Positions 41,662 to 52,148 of a DNA stretch of 64,000 nt are shown here, piece by piece. The DNA is from Candidatus Sulfotelmatobacter sp. (GTDB lineage Bacteria; Acidobacteriota; Terriglobia; Terriglobales; Acidobacteriaceae), in contig DATDGM010000140.1 in NCBI GenBank assembly GCA_036522075.1, positions 4,004 through 68,003 of the forward strand, given 5' to 3'. Numbering within the stretch: the stretch's first letter is position 1; every line of letters begins with the position of its first letter. The notes below the pieces were generated by a model that saw only the letters and a list, made by a program, of their open reading frames with translations, had not been told where the DNA came from and ran no database searches. Position numbers and translations under genes: made by a program.

Positions 41662-41928
41662 ATGGCAAGCGTTAAGGAGCAACTCAAGGCCATTATATTG
41701 AAGAGCTTGCGGATCACCGACTTGACCCCCGAGGATCTGCGCGACGATCAGCCGCTGCTCGGAGGAGAACTGGAAATCGACTCCATCGACATACTCCAAC
41801 TCATTCTGGAGATTGAGAGGCATTTCGGCATCAAGCTGGTACAGGCCAACTTCAACCAGAAAAACCTCGAAAGTGTTAACGCTTTGGCGGCGATCATCGA
41901 ATCCAAAGTAGCGGAAGCAAAGACCTGA
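41662..41928 (+). CDS. Acyl carrier protein
   Basis: An internal ATG at 41662 gives an 88-aa protein with the phosphopantetheine attachment context LGGELEIDSIDILQLILEIE. Confidence 0.9.
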   Translation: MASVKEQLKAIILKSLRITDLTPEDLRDDQPLLGGELEIDSIDILQLILEIERHFGIKLVQANFNQKNLESVNALAAIIESKVAEAKT

Positions 41929-41995
41929 CATCCCAAATCTTTGGGATTGAATCCCCCCTTATCCAAGCAAAAGTTCTCCAGATCGCGGGCGGAAA

Positions 41996-42907
41996 GTGAC
42001 GCGCTGGTACGAGCACCGTTTTCATAACCCAACGGCGCTGCGGATGATATTTGTCATCATGCCGAGGCTGCCGCGCTTTCTCCATCCTCCGGTTGCGGCG
42101 GTGGTGGCGCTGATCTTCTTTTTGATCATGAAGCGGGAACGGCGCGCGGTAACCGGAAATCTGCGCCGGGTCTCGGGGAAGAGCGGGCTCGCACTGCAGC
42201 GAAAAGTTTATTGGGTTTTCTATTCTTTCTGCGACCTCATGGTTTCCTATTGTTTTGTCCCACAGGCCACACCTTCGCAACTGCTGGGCATGCTGGTGGA
42301 TTCGGAGGGGGGCGGCGCCAAGATCGACCAATGCCTGGCGGCAGGCAATGGGGTCATTGTGTGGACCGCGCATGTAGGGAATTGGGAATTCGCGTCGCGG
42401 CTGCTGGCAATTTACGGCCGGGTTAACGTGGCGCGGGTGGTTGAGGACAATCCGGCGGAGATCACACTGCGGAATTTGATGGCTAGCGAACGGTTGAAAA
42501 TTGTGGATCTCAAAGGGGGTGTGACGGCTACGATAGAACTCTTACAGGCCTTGCGTCGAAACGAGATCGTGGCGATCCAAGGAGACCGCGTTTACCAGCG
42601 TCACACTTTCGACGTGCCGTTTTTTTCCCAACCCACCAGCTTTCCGCTTGGCCCTTTTCTGCTTTCGCGGGTCTCGGGCGCGCCGGTGCTGCCCGTTTTC
42701 GTGATTCGCCGGGGTTGGCTGCGCTACCAGACTCTGATAGGAGATTTGATCCCGGCGGTTCCGTCACGGGTCACTAGCGGTGACGACGATGCCGGCTTGC
42801 ACGAGGCTATGCGCCAGGCGGTCAGCTTTCTGGAAAAAACATTGACCACTTATTACGATCAGTGGATGAATTATTTCGATTTTTGGCCGGTTGCCTCTCG
42901 GGACTGA
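41996..42907 (+). CDS. LpxL/HtrB-family lysophospholipid (lipid A-type) acyltransferase (ApeD-like)
   Basis: 303-aa ORF with a GTG start and an N-terminal hydrophobic anchor. It has the WTAHVGNWEF (Hx4E/D) motif and IQGDR. Confidence 0.85.
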   Translation: MTRWYEHRFHNPTALRMIFVIMPRLPRFLHPPVAAVVALIFFLIMKRERRAVTGNLRRVSGKSGLALQRKVYWVFYSFCDLMVSYCFVPQATPSQLLGMLVDSEGGGAKIDQCLAAGNGVIVWTAHVGNWEFASRLLAIYGRVNVARVVEDNPAEITLRNLMASERLKIVDLKGGVTATIELLQALRRNEIVAIQGDRVYQRHTFDVPFFSQPTSFPLGPFLLSRVSGAPVLPVFVIRRGWLRYQTLIGDLIPAVPSRVTSGDDDAGLHEAMRQAVSFLEKTLTTYYDQWMNYFDFWPVASRD

Positions 42908-43079
42908 TCCCAGGAAAAGTATCGTCGTCCCAGATCGTTTCGGAAGCTCGGCGATCCGCGTCGCGACACAGCGGAAAGCGGCTGCGACAAAACTGAAGCA
43001 TCGACCAGCAGAGACGCTCCCGGGGAGTAGTATTTCCTATAACCAATTTAAGGAAAATTGATCAGAAATGGAGTGACCA

Positions 43080-45902
43080 ATGTCCCAGTCGATTGAGTGG
43101 CCCCCACCGCGTCAGGCGCGGCCGGGCCGCCGTCGCCGATTCCTGCTGATTCTTCTCGGGCTCGGCATCCTCTTCTTCGGCACTCAGGCCGCCTTGTCCT
43201 ATTACGTAGACGTGCTCTGGTTCAACTCGTTCGGCTATGGGGACGTGTTCTGGAAGACGCTAAGCCTACATTGGGGCGTCTTCGCGGCAGTGACGGCGGC
43301 CACTTTCCTGCTTCTCTTTGGCTCCTTCCTCGCCCTGAAGCGGGCGCATCTTGATGATTTGCCAGACGGCCACACCATCTTCATCGGCGCACAGCCGCTG
43401 AAACTGCCGGTGGAACCTGTGCTGAAGTTTGTCGGGCTTGCTATTTCGGTCGCCATTGCACTGGTAAGCGGTGCCGCCGTGAGCGCTGAGTGGCAAACCC
43501 TCGCCCTGTTTTGGTACGCACCTCCGTCTTCCCCCGTGGTCGATCCGATCTTTGGGAAGCCGCTGAGCTTTTATCTTTTTACTCTGCCGGCCTGGCAGCT
43601 CGTCCTCGGCTGGCTGCTGACTTTAGCGGTCATTCTCTGTTTATTCGCCCTCTTCTTTGTCTTCGCCAGCGGCGGAGCGCGCATGCTTGCCGGTCGTCTC
43701 AGCCGCCAGGTGAAGTTGCCTTGGCGTGGGTTCTCCATCATCTTTGGATTTCTGTTGCTGGTGCTCGCCGCGAATACCTACCTGAGCCGGTTCGAACACC
43801 TGCTTGACGATCACACTCTCTTCAGCGGAGTGACCTACACCGATGCGCATGTCACCCTGGCGGGGCTGCTCTTCATCTGCGTGGCGCTGGTGATCGGCGC
43901 GTTTATGGCCTTCGCCAATGCAGCGCGCGAACCCCGCGGTACATGGCTGGTCGCGGCGGTAGTTCCGGCGGTCGTCTGCTTTGTCGGAATGCAAGTGGTT
44001 GGCTGGTATGTCAGCAGTTTTATCGTGAAGCCCAACGAACTGGTTCGCGAGAAACCCTACATTGCGTATAACACTGATTTCACTCGACGGGCATACGGGT
44101 TGAACCGGGTAACGCAGCACGAATTTCCCGCCGAAACCACAGTCGAGGCAGCGGATGCGGCGAACAATCAGGCTACCCTTCAGAATGTCCGGCTGTGGGA
44201 CTGGCGCGCCCTGCAGGACACGCTGCGTCAGATTCAGGAAATCCGCACCTACTACGACTTCCCCGACATCGACATTGATCGATACAGCATCAACGGTACA
44301 ACTCGAGAAGTGATGCTCGCGGCGCGCGAGATGAACGTTGACAAACTCCCCGAGAGCAGCCAGAACTGGATTAACGAGAAGCTCATCTACACCCACGGCT
44401 ATGGACTAACCATGAATCCAGTGAATGGATTTACGGTCGAGGGCCTGCCGACCCTGATCCTCAGCAACATGCCGGTACAAACCACGGTTCCGAGCCTGAA
44501 TGTCACGCGCCCCGAGATCTACTTTGGTGAGCTGACAAATACGGATGTCTACGTGAAGACCCGCCAGCAGGAGTTCAACTATCCTCAAGGCCAGGCCAAC
44601 AACCTGAACTCCTACGAAGGCACGGGCGGCATCGTGATCGGAGGTTTTCTGCGCCGCGCCATCATCGCGTTCGATCGCGACGATCTCGGCAAGCTGCCGT
44701 TCAGCGACGACGTAACCCCAAACAGCCGCTTGCTTATGCGCCGCAACCTGCGCGAGCGCGTATCCACGCTGGCGCCCTTTCTGACCTACGATCCAGATCC
44801 GTATATCGTCCTGGGCGACGACGGCCGCCTTTCCTGGATCATGGATGCCTTCACCATCTCCGATAACTATCCCTATTCCACCCACTATCCGCTGGGCGGT
44901 GGCGTCGTCAATTACATGCGCAACAGCGTGAAGGTGGTCATCGACGCCTACGATGGCACGACCAAGTTTTACGTTTTCGATCCCGAGGATCCGATCATCG
45001 CCGCCTATCGGCGGATTTTCCCTGACCTCTTCAAAGATGCCTCGGCCATGCCACCTGGACTACGCAAGCATGTGCGCTATCCTGAGTTGTTGCTCAAGCT
45101 ACAGGCGAATGTTTACGGTCTCTACCACATGACCGATGCGGAGGCGTTCTACAACCGTGAGGATCTGTGGACGGTGGCATCCGAAGTGGGTATGAGCGAG
45201 AACGGTGAGCAAGTCACACGGACGATGGAGCCGAACTTCGTGCTGATGAAACTTCCCGGAGAAGATGGCGAGGAGTTCGTGGAGATTCTGCCCTTCGTGC
45301 CGGCCAACCGCAACAATCTCATCGGCTGGATCGCGGGGCGGAGCGACGGGGAACATTATGGGACGTCGGTTGTTTACAACTTTCCCAAAACCAGGCTGGT
45401 CGACGGACCGCTGCAAATTGAGGCGCGTATCGATCAGAATGCCCAGCTTTCCGGACAGCTGACACTATGGAATCAGCAAGGCTCGCATGTGCGACGAGGA
45501 TCCCTGCTGGTGATTCCGACCGGCAAGGCGCTCCTGTATGCTGAGCCCATCTATTTGCAGGCCGAGCGCAGCCCCATGCCGGAGTTGCGGCTCGTCGTGC
45601 TCGCGCTGCAGGATCGGCTGGCGTACGGCCCAACTTTTGAATCAGCAATGACGTCGCTGTTTGGTGGAGCAGTTTCATCGCTCACCGCAAACTCGATCCC
45701 CGAAGTACCCCCATCTGAGTCGCAGCATCCGCCCGCGGGTGCGGCTCAATCCGCGCCGAACCTCAACGCGCAGATCGCAGAAGCCGCCAAAGACCTCGCC
45801 GACTACCAACGCTTGACCGCAGAAGGCAAACTCGGCGAGGCGGGACAGAAATTGGAAGAACTGAAGCGTGCTCTCGACAAGCTGAACGCGGGGCGAAAAT
45901 GA
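43080..45902 (+). CDS. UPF0182-family large membrane protein
   Basis: 940-aa ORF. The N-terminal ~300 aa contain about seven TM helices after RRRRFLLILLGLGILFF and YYVDVLWFNSFGYGDVFW. A large soluble C-terminal region follows. This architecture is typical of UPF0182. Confidence 0.85.
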   Translation: MSQSIEWPPPRQARPGRRRRFLLILLGLGILFFGTQAALSYYVDVLWFNSFGYGDVFWKTLSLHWGVFAAVTAATFLLLFGSFLALKRAHLDDLPDGHTIFIGAQPLKLPVEPVLKFVGLAISVAIALVSGAAVSAEWQTLALFWYAPPSSPVVDPIFGKPLSFYLFTLPAWQLVLGWLLTLAVILCLFALFFVFASGGARMLAGRLSRQVKLPWRGFSIIFGFLLLVLAANTYLSRFEHLLDDHTLFSGVTYTDAHVTLAGLLFICVALVIGAFMAFANAAREPRGTWLVAAVVPAVVCFVGMQVVGWYVSSFIVKPNELVREKPYIAYNTDFTRRAYGLNRVTQHEFPAETTVEAADAANNQATLQNVRLWDWRALQDTLRQIQEIRTYYDFPDIDIDRYSINGTTREVMLAAREMNVDKLPESSQNWINEKLIYTHGYGLTMNPVNGFTVEGLPTLILSNMPVQTTVPSLNVTRPEIYFGELTNTDVYVKTRQQEFNYPQGQANNLNSYEGTGGIVIGGFLRRAIIAFDRDDLGKLPFSDDVTPNSRLLMRRNLRERVSTLAPFLTYDPDPYIVLGDDGRLSWIMDAFTISDNYPYSTHYPLGGGVVNYMRNSVKVVIDAYDGTTKFYVFDPEDPIIAAYRRIFPDLFKDASAMPPGLRKHVRYPELLLKLQANVYGLYHMTDAEAFYNREDLWTVASEVGMSENGEQVTRTMEPNFVLMKLPGEDGEEFVEILPFVPANRNNLIGWIAGRSDGEHYGTSVVYNFPKTRLVDGPLQIEARIDQNAQLSGQLTLWNQQGSHVRRGSLLVIPTGKALLYAEPIYLQAERSPMPELRLVVLALQDRLAYGPTFESAMTSLFGGAVSSLTANSIPEVPPSESQHPPAGAAQSAPNLNAQIAEAAKDLADYQRLTAEGKLGEAGQKLEELKRALDKLNAGRK

Positions 45903-45932
45903 TCTAGAAACTTTCCCGCCGCCTTTCAGCGG

Positions 45933-46646
45933 CTAGCCAGCAGGCAGCAACATTCCTTTTTCAAGATGCCGAGTGACGTGTGCGTAGGAAGCGGCGTGCG
46001 GATCGTGCGTCACCATGACGATGGTCTTCTGGAAATCTTCGTTCAGCCGCTTGAGGATTTCCAGCACTTCGGTAGCGGAGTGGCTGTCGAGGTCGCCGGT
46101 GGGTTCGTCGGCGAGGAGTAGGGTTGGATCACTGACGATCGCGCGCGCAATGGCGACGCGCTGTTCCTGGCCGCCGGAGAGCTGCTTGGGCAGATGGTTT
46201 ACGCGCTCCTCGAGTCCCACGAGCTTTAGCGCGGTCATCACGTGGTCGCGGCGTTGGTGCGGATTGAGCTTAGTCAGCAGCAGCGGCAATTCCACATTCT
46301 CGAAGGCGGTGAGAACCGGGATCAGATTGAAAGTCTGAAACACGTAACCGATGTGTTCGTTGCGCCAGCGGGCGATCTGCGAATCGCTGAATCGGAAAAT
46401 GTCCTGGCCCTGCACCAGCAACTCCCCGGCAGTCGGCCGGTCGATGGCTGCAATCATATTCAGCAGCGTGGTCTTGCCCGAGCCGGAGGGTCCCATCAGA
46501 GCCAGGAATTCTCCTTTGGCAATGTCGATGGAAACATCGTCGAGAGCTTTTACTTCGAAGGCATCGCGCTTGAAAATCTTGCTGACGCCGCGGACTTGCA
46601 CCACTTTGGTGGCCGTGGCAACGTTGGGTGCGACTACTGTGCTCAT
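45933..46646 (-). CDS. ABC transporter ATP-binding protein (MacB/LolD-type)
   Basis: 237-aa ORF with Walker [13 protein letters not shown], signature [14 protein letters not shown] and Walker [13 protein letters not shown]. Confidence 0.95.
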   Translation of the reverse strand: MSTVVAPNVATATKVVQVRGVSKIFKRDAFEVKALDDVSIDIAKGEFLALMGPSGSGKTTLLNMIAAIDRPTAGELLVQGQDIFRFSDSQIARWRNEHIGYVFQTFNLIPVLTAFENVELPLLLTKLNPHQRRDHVMTALKLVGLEERVNHLPKQLSGGQEQRVAIARAIVSDPTLLLADEPTGDLDSHSATEVLEILKRLNEDFQKTIVMVTHDPHAASYAHVTRHLEKGMLLPAG

Positions 46647-48028
46647 GCTTGCCCCTTGATTTTAATTTTGTCCCCGTCTTTCAAAGTCGGCGGCGCGGTG
46701 GTAATCACGTCTTCTCCGCCGATCAGTCCACCGACTAAAGCGCCATCGCTGCGTTGCGCCAAAATTTGCACTGGCCTGGCCAGGGCCTTGCCGTGGAATG
46801 CGATCAACACAATCCTCTTGCCGTCGACGTCGCGAATTCCGGTTGCTGGTACGAACACGCCCGCGGGCTGGCTGGCTCCTTTCGCAGGCTCGCTAGCCAG
46901 AAACTTCACGGTGGCGTTCATCTCGGGCCGTAACTGAACACCGGGATACCGGTCAGGCTTCAGCACTTGCACCTTGACCTGAACCGTGGCTTTCTGTCGA
47001 TTCGCTTCCGGCGAGATTTGTGCGATGACTCCGTCATATTGTTTATCGGGATAGGCGTCTGTTGTCACGATCGCCTTCTGGCTGGGGCTAAGCCGCGCGA
47101 AATCCGCCTGCGCGATATCGAGTTCCACCTGCAGATCGTTCAAGTCCGCCAGAGAAACCACCGATCCTTGCGGGCCGCCGGCGGCCGCACTGGCAAATTG
47201 CGCGGTAATCAATTCTCCCTTTTCGGCGGTGCGGTCGAGAATAGTGCCGGTCACTGGAGCGCGAATCACGGTGGCGTCCAGTTGCGACTTGGCATAATCA
47301 AGTTGGCCCTGAGCTTGCGTTAGGGCGCCCTGCGCACGGAGGATTTCTTCGGGTCGTGGCCCGATTTTCATCAGCTGAAACGCCTTTTCTAGCGAATTCG
47401 CTCGCTGCTGATCTGCTTCGAACTTGGCGGTAGTGTCGTCCAAAGATTGTCGCGAAACCACACCGCCTGCCGCCAGTTCTTTGGTGCGGTCGAGGGTCAG
47501 CTTGTCATTGGCCAGCGTGGCGCGGGCTTCGTCGAGATTGTGCTGTGCCTGCTGGATTTCCTCGGGCCGGGACCCATGCTGCAGTTCCTCCAGATAGGCG
47601 CGGGCGTTCTCATACGCGCCTTTTGCTTGTTCATAGGAGGCGCGAAATTCCTGGTCCTCCAGACGGACCAAGACCTGGCCTTCTTTAACCTTGTCTCCTT
47701 TTTCCACGCCAATCCAGTCTAAGCGGCCGGTGACCTTGGAATTTACATTGATGGTGTGATGAGCCACGATGTAGCCGGTGGCCGAGAGCACGGTGGCGCC
47801 TGCGTCATTGCCGGTGTCCTGGGCGGAAGCGCGAACTACTTCAACTTCCGGCACGCTGGCGGAGAACGCGCGATACGCCAGAGCGGTAAGACTGAGGATC
47901 ACCACAATCGCGATCCCGCCAAGGATGTAGCGGCGGGCCCACGCCGACGGCTCTCCGCCGGATTCGCCGCGCTGCGTGCGGTCGATGCGCAGGCTCTGCA
48001 GGTCTTCATGTTTGGCGTCAATGGGCAT
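46643..48028 (-). CDS. Efflux periplasmic adaptor (HlyD/MacA-type membrane fusion protein)
   Basis: 461-aa ORF with an N-terminal TM anchor, a lipoyl-like motif ([12 protein letters not shown]), a long coiled-coil region and a beta-barrel domain. It overlaps the ATPase gene start by 4 nt. Confidence 0.9.
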   Translation of the reverse strand: MPIDAKHEDLQSLRIDRTQRGESGGEPSAWARRYILGGIAIVVILSLTALAYRAFSASVPEVEVVRASAQDTGNDAGATVLSATGYIVAHHTINVNSKVTGRLDWIGVEKGDKVKEGQVLVRLEDQEFRASYEQAKGAYENARAYLEELQHGSRPEEIQQAQHNLDEARATLANDKLTLDRTKELAAGGVVSRQSLDDTTAKFEADQQRANSLEKAFQLMKIGPRPEEILRAQGALTQAQGQLDYAKSQLDATVIRAPVTGTILDRTAEKGELITAQFASAAAGGPQGSVVSLADLNDLQVELDIAQADFARLSPSQKAIVTTDAYPDKQYDGVIAQISPEANRQKATVQVKVQVLKPDRYPGVQLRPEMNATVKFLASEPAKGASQPAGVFVPATGIRDVDGKRIVLIAFHGKALARPVQILAQRSDGALVGGLIGGEDVITTAPPTLKDGDKIKIKGQA

Positions 48029-48121
48029 ACTTAAGATTACGTTACCGGTCGATGCTTAGTTTCGTCAGTCGCGCTCCCGTCCCTTCGACTCCCCACCAAT
48101 CGAGATGCCGGCGCTAGGAAT

Positions 48122-49285
48122 CTAACTCCGCAGGGCGCTCAGAATATTCTGCCGCGCGGCGTGCCATGCGGGAGCAAGTCCTCCGAACAGGCCCATGATC
48201 AAAGCGAACAGGATTGCGGCCCCGGCGACCTCTGGCGTGATGCGCAACGCGAAAACCACTTCGCTGAACGTCACTGCGTTCGACGTGCCAGTCTGCATTC
48301 CATTGAAAGGCAACATCAGTAGAATTCCCGCCGCCGCCCCCAGCAGCGCGAGCAGCAAAGACTCCAGCACAAACGAGGTCAAGATTGCGGGCCGCGAAAA
48401 TCCAATCACACGCAGAGTCGCAATCTCCCGTCCGCGGTAAGCCACCGCAGCGTACATGGTATTCATCGCCGCAAAACTCGATCCAATAGCCATGATGACG
48501 GCAACCACAATCCCGATGTATTTTATTGGCGCGCCCGAACTGGTTTGCTTGGCGTAATAATCGGTTTCCAGCATGCCTTCGAGCTTCAGCCGCTGATCGT
48601 CACTCACCCGGTTCTTGAGCGCCTCTGCAGCCGCGGGATCGGTGGCACGCAGATACGCCGAGGAGTATCCTCCCTGGCGATCGAAGTCGGATGCCATCTG
48701 ATTCACGTCGCCCCAAATTTCCGATTCGTAGGCCGATCCGCCAGCGTCGAAAACACCCACCACTTTCCACAAACCTTTGCCGAACGCCATGGTGTCACCG
48801 ATGTTGGCATGAGAGAAGCGGTCGCGAATCGATTTGCTGACCACAACCTCACGTTGCCCCGTCCGGAACCAGCGCCCTTCGATGAGTTTCGTGTTGGAGC
48901 GAAGTTCCAAACCATCCGGCATCATGCCCCGCACCGTCACGTTGACCTCGCCGGTGCCATCTTTGCGAGGCAGAATGATCACTACTACCCATTCTCCGGA
49001 AGCCATGGGCTGCCCATGACTATCTTTCGCGATGCCAGGCAACGTCGTCAAAGTCGGGTACAGCGATGCGTCAAACCCGCCGGAGAGTTCCGCCTCCGAC
49101 CCTTTGCGCAGCACCAGCACGTTTAGCGGATTGCCGCTGCTCACAAAGGCGCGATGCAGGCCGGCCAGTAGCGCCATCAGAAAAATCGCCGTTGTCACCG
49201 TGAGCGCAATGCCCAACGCCGTCATGAGCGTGAGTCCCTTGCGGAGTTTCAAGTTGCGTATGTTGTAACTGATCGGTATCGCCAT
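48122..49285 (-). CDS. ABC transporter permease, FtsX/MacB-type
   Basis: 387-aa ORF. TM1 is followed by a large periplasmic domain and then three C-terminal TM helices (FtsX fold). Confidence 0.9.
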   Translation of the reverse strand: MAIPISYNIRNLKLRKGLTLMTALGIALTVTTAIFLMALLAGLHRAFVSSGNPLNVLVLRKGSEAELSGGFDASLYPTLTTLPGIAKDSHGQPMASGEWVVVIILPRKDGTGEVNVTVRGMMPDGLELRSNTKLIEGRWFRTGQREVVVSKSIRDRFSHANIGDTMAFGKGLWKVVGVFDAGGSAYESEIWGDVNQMASDFDRQGGYSSAYLRATDPAAAEALKNRVSDDQRLKLEGMLETDYYAKQTSSGAPIKYIGIVVAVIMAIGSSFAAMNTMYAAVAYRGREIATLRVIGFSRPAILTSFVLESLLLALLGAAAGILLMLPFNGMQTGTSNAVTFSEVVFALRITPEVAGAAILFALIMGLFGGLAPAWHAARQNILSALRS

Positions 49286-49325
49286 AGTTACCTCTTAATC
49301 TCATCGCACCGACACCGCGCTACCC

Positions 49326-50477
49326 TTAGCCGATGTGGCGCAGCCCCTCCACTATGTTCTTGCGCGACGCGTTATAGGCCGGCAAGTAGCCGCTGACCAA
49401 TCCCAGGATCAACGCCACCGACAAGGACAACGCTGCGGTAGTCCATCTCACTTTCATATCGAGCGGAATGCCCAGCCCAATGAAGCGGTGGGTCAATCCC
49501 GTGATCACGGGAATCGCGACCAGAACTCCAAGCAGTCCGCCGGCGACGGCCAAAGCCACAGACTCGCTCACGAAGATCGAGAGCACGCCCTGACGAGTAA
49601 ATCCCAGCGTCTTCAGCAACGCCACTTCGCGCGTCCGGCTGCGCACCGACATCGCCATGGTATTGGCCGAAACCAGCATGATGGTAAAAACCACTGCACC
49701 GCAAATGCTCAGAATGAAGGCCTTCACATTTCCCAGTGAAGCAACAAAGCCGAGTTGAAATGCCCTCTCGCTTTCGGTTTTTGTCTGCAGCGGAGAATTG
49801 CGGAACATGTCGTCGATTTCCCGAGACGCTCGCGACACATTTTCAGCGGAGTCGATCTGCGCCGAGTACCAGCCCGCCTGCCCCTTGAACCACGGCACCG
49901 CCTCTTCCAGATACTTGGTGTTGAAATACAGCGCGTTCTGTGGAGGATCGCGGTGGTAGATGGCGCGAATCGTCAGATCGAGATCCACGGGAAAAATGTT
50001 GGCCTGCAGCGTGACCCGGTCGCCGATCTTCCAGCCGTACTTGTTCGCCAGCGTGACGTCGACCAAAGCGCCGGCGCGGTCGCGCTGCCAAGCCTTCAAC
50101 TGATCGGGCGGAACGATCTTGTCGGACGCCACTTTCAGGTATTCGTCCGGATCGGTTGCGATCTGTGCGAAGAAGTGTGATGGCCGGTCGTCAATATAAC
50201 GGCCTCCGAACCAGGTGAGCGGCGCTACCGCGGTCACTCCCTGCACGCTGCGAATCTTGTCGCGGTAATACGCGGGCAGAAAAAAAGCGAGCGAGACCCG
50301 GTCGCGGATAATCAAGCGCCGCGACGCCTCGGGCGACGCCTGATCCACATAGAACGAGCGCCAGATGCAGATCATCAGCGTGAGCAACAACAGCGAGAAG
50401 CTGATGCTGATCAAAGTCAGCATGCTGCGCCGCTTATTGCGGAAGGCGTTGCGCACGATGAAACCGCTCAGGGTCAT
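49326..50477 (-). CDS. ABC transporter permease, FtsX/MacB-type
   Basis: 383-aa ORF, clearly paralogous to 50485..51633. Shared blocks include FRNKRRS.LT..S..FSLLLLTLM, VKAFILSIC and REVA.LKTLGFTRQ. Confidence 0.9.
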   Translation of the reverse strand: MTLSGFIVRNAFRNKRRSMLTLISISFSLLLLTLMICIWRSFYVDQASPEASRRLIIRDRVSLAFFLPAYYRDKIRSVQGVTAVAPLTWFGGRYIDDRPSHFFAQIATDPDEYLKVASDKIVPPDQLKAWQRDRAGALVDVTLANKYGWKIGDRVTLQANIFPVDLDLTIRAIYHRDPPQNALYFNTKYLEEAVPWFKGQAGWYSAQIDSAENVSRASREIDDMFRNSPLQTKTESERAFQLGFVASLGNVKAFILSICGAVVFTIMLVSANTMAMSVRSRTREVALLKTLGFTRQGVLSIFVSESVALAVAGGLLGVLVAIPVITGLTHRFIGLGIPLDMKVRWTTAALSLSVALILGLVSGYLPAYNASRKNIVEGLRHIG

Positions 50478-50484
50478 GAACTCT

Positions 50485-51633
50485 TCATCCGATGTGGCGT
50501 AAGCCGTCTACGATGTTCACTTGCGAGGCGTGATAGGAGGGGATGGCCGCGCTGAGCAGTCCCACCACGCCAGCCAGAGCCAAGGCTACAGCCCACATGC
50601 TTATAGTCACCCTCAAGTCGTAGAAGCTGACCATTTGCGGCGAATGGGTTGCGGCATTCACCAGCAGGTAGGCCAAGCCAACCCCGATTACCCCACCGAC
50701 GAGAGCCAAGGCCACCGCCTCACTCACAAATAACCCCAGAATGCTTTGCCTGGTAAAGCCTAATGTCTTGAGCACTGCCACTTCGCGCGTCCGTTCGCGG
50801 ATCGACATGGCCATGGTATTCGCCGAAACCAGCAATGTGGCAAACAGCACCGCCGAGCAGATGCTCAAAATAAACGCTTTCACGTTTCCCAGCATGGCTA
50901 CGAACTCCAGGCCGAACGCTTTCTCGCTCTCCGCCTTCGTGGGTTGAGGAGAGTTGCGGAACATGTCGTCGATGGCAGCCGTAACTTTGCTCACATCCGC
51001 GGGTGTGGCCGCGAGAACGGTAAACGTTCCCGCCTGTCCTTTGAAGAACGAAACCGCTTCTTCCACATATTTCGTATTGAAGTAGACGGACTTGTTGTCT
51101 GGATTGGCATGGAAAATGCCCCGAACGTAAAGCTCCAGATCGACGGGATAAATATTTCCCTTGAGAACAATCCGGTCGCCCAACTTCCAGCCATATTTCT
51201 TGGCCAGAGTGTCGTCGACGATTACTCCTTGGCGATCCCGCTGCCACGCCTTCACTTGGTCTTCCGGCATTTCGAAGTCCCGGTAAACCTTGAAGAACTC
51301 ATCGGGGTCGGTACCGAACTGGGCGAAAAAATTCTCCGGCTTGTCGTCTTTGTAAATCCCGCCGAACCAGGAGACGGGCACAACCGCCACGACTCCCGGG
51401 ATGGCACGAATCTTGTCGCGGTAGAATCCCGGCAGACTAAAGGTAAGGGAAACACGATGCCGGACCACAATCCTTTGCGACGACTCGGCACTGCCCTGGT
51501 TCAAATAGAAGGCGCGCCAGATCGTCATCATCAGCGTGAGCAACAGCAGGGAGAATGCCAGGCTCAGCACAGTCAGAATGCTGCGGCGTTTGTTGCGGAA
51601 GGCGTTTTTGGTGACGAACCGGGTCAACGTCAT
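50485..51633 (-). CDS. ABC transporter permease, FtsX/MacB-type
   Basis: 382-aa ORF, first gene of the minus-strand operon. It has the same architecture as the two downstream permeases. Confidence 0.9.
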   Translation of the reverse strand: MTLTRFVTKNAFRNKRRSILTVLSLAFSLLLLTLMMTIWRAFYLNQGSAESSQRIVVRHRVSLTFSLPGFYRDKIRAIPGVVAVVPVSWFGGIYKDDKPENFFAQFGTDPDEFFKVYRDFEMPEDQVKAWQRDRQGVIVDDTLAKKYGWKLGDRIVLKGNIYPVDLELYVRGIFHANPDNKSVYFNTKYVEEAVSFFKGQAGTFTVLAATPADVSKVTAAIDDMFRNSPQPTKAESEKAFGLEFVAMLGNVKAFILSICSAVLFATLLVSANTMAMSIRERTREVAVLKTLGFTRQSILGLFVSEAVALALVGGVIGVGLAYLLVNAATHSPQMVSFYDLRVTISMWAVALALAGVVGLLSAAIPSYHASQVNIVDGLRHIG

Positions 51634-52148
51634 GGGCTAACTCCAAAAAGAACCAGAAAACGACGAACCACGAACGTGGAACCAGACTTCAGGCGCAGAA
51701 AGCAGACACATCCCAGCACTTCAAGAATAGACGAAGTAGCGCGCCCTTCACAACCGAGCTGGGAGCGATTTCTTCGCTGCCGTTCATTTCTCTGCACATA
51801 ACAATGTGTGCGTAACTATGTCTGCAGATCATGTCTGCCGATCACGACCTGCACTGATTCCTCATAACGACTGTCTTCATAATAAAGTTACGCATCATTT
51901 CGGCCACGAGTTCCCTTCGCAGAGAAAAGGCGCCGAGCGGCGACCGTTCGCCCTTGCTGCGGCGCTCCCAGGTGCGTAACATGGCCGACGGTCGCAAAAG
52001 GCTTTCCTTTTGACGATGCGCAGTTGACGATGAGCAACCACTCCCAAGTGCGGGCTGACAGCCGGATCAAGATGTTGCGCGCGGTGGCTACCGATGCCCA
52101 GTTCTTGGTGCCCACCGTTGTCCTGATCGGTGGCTTAATTCTCTTGAG

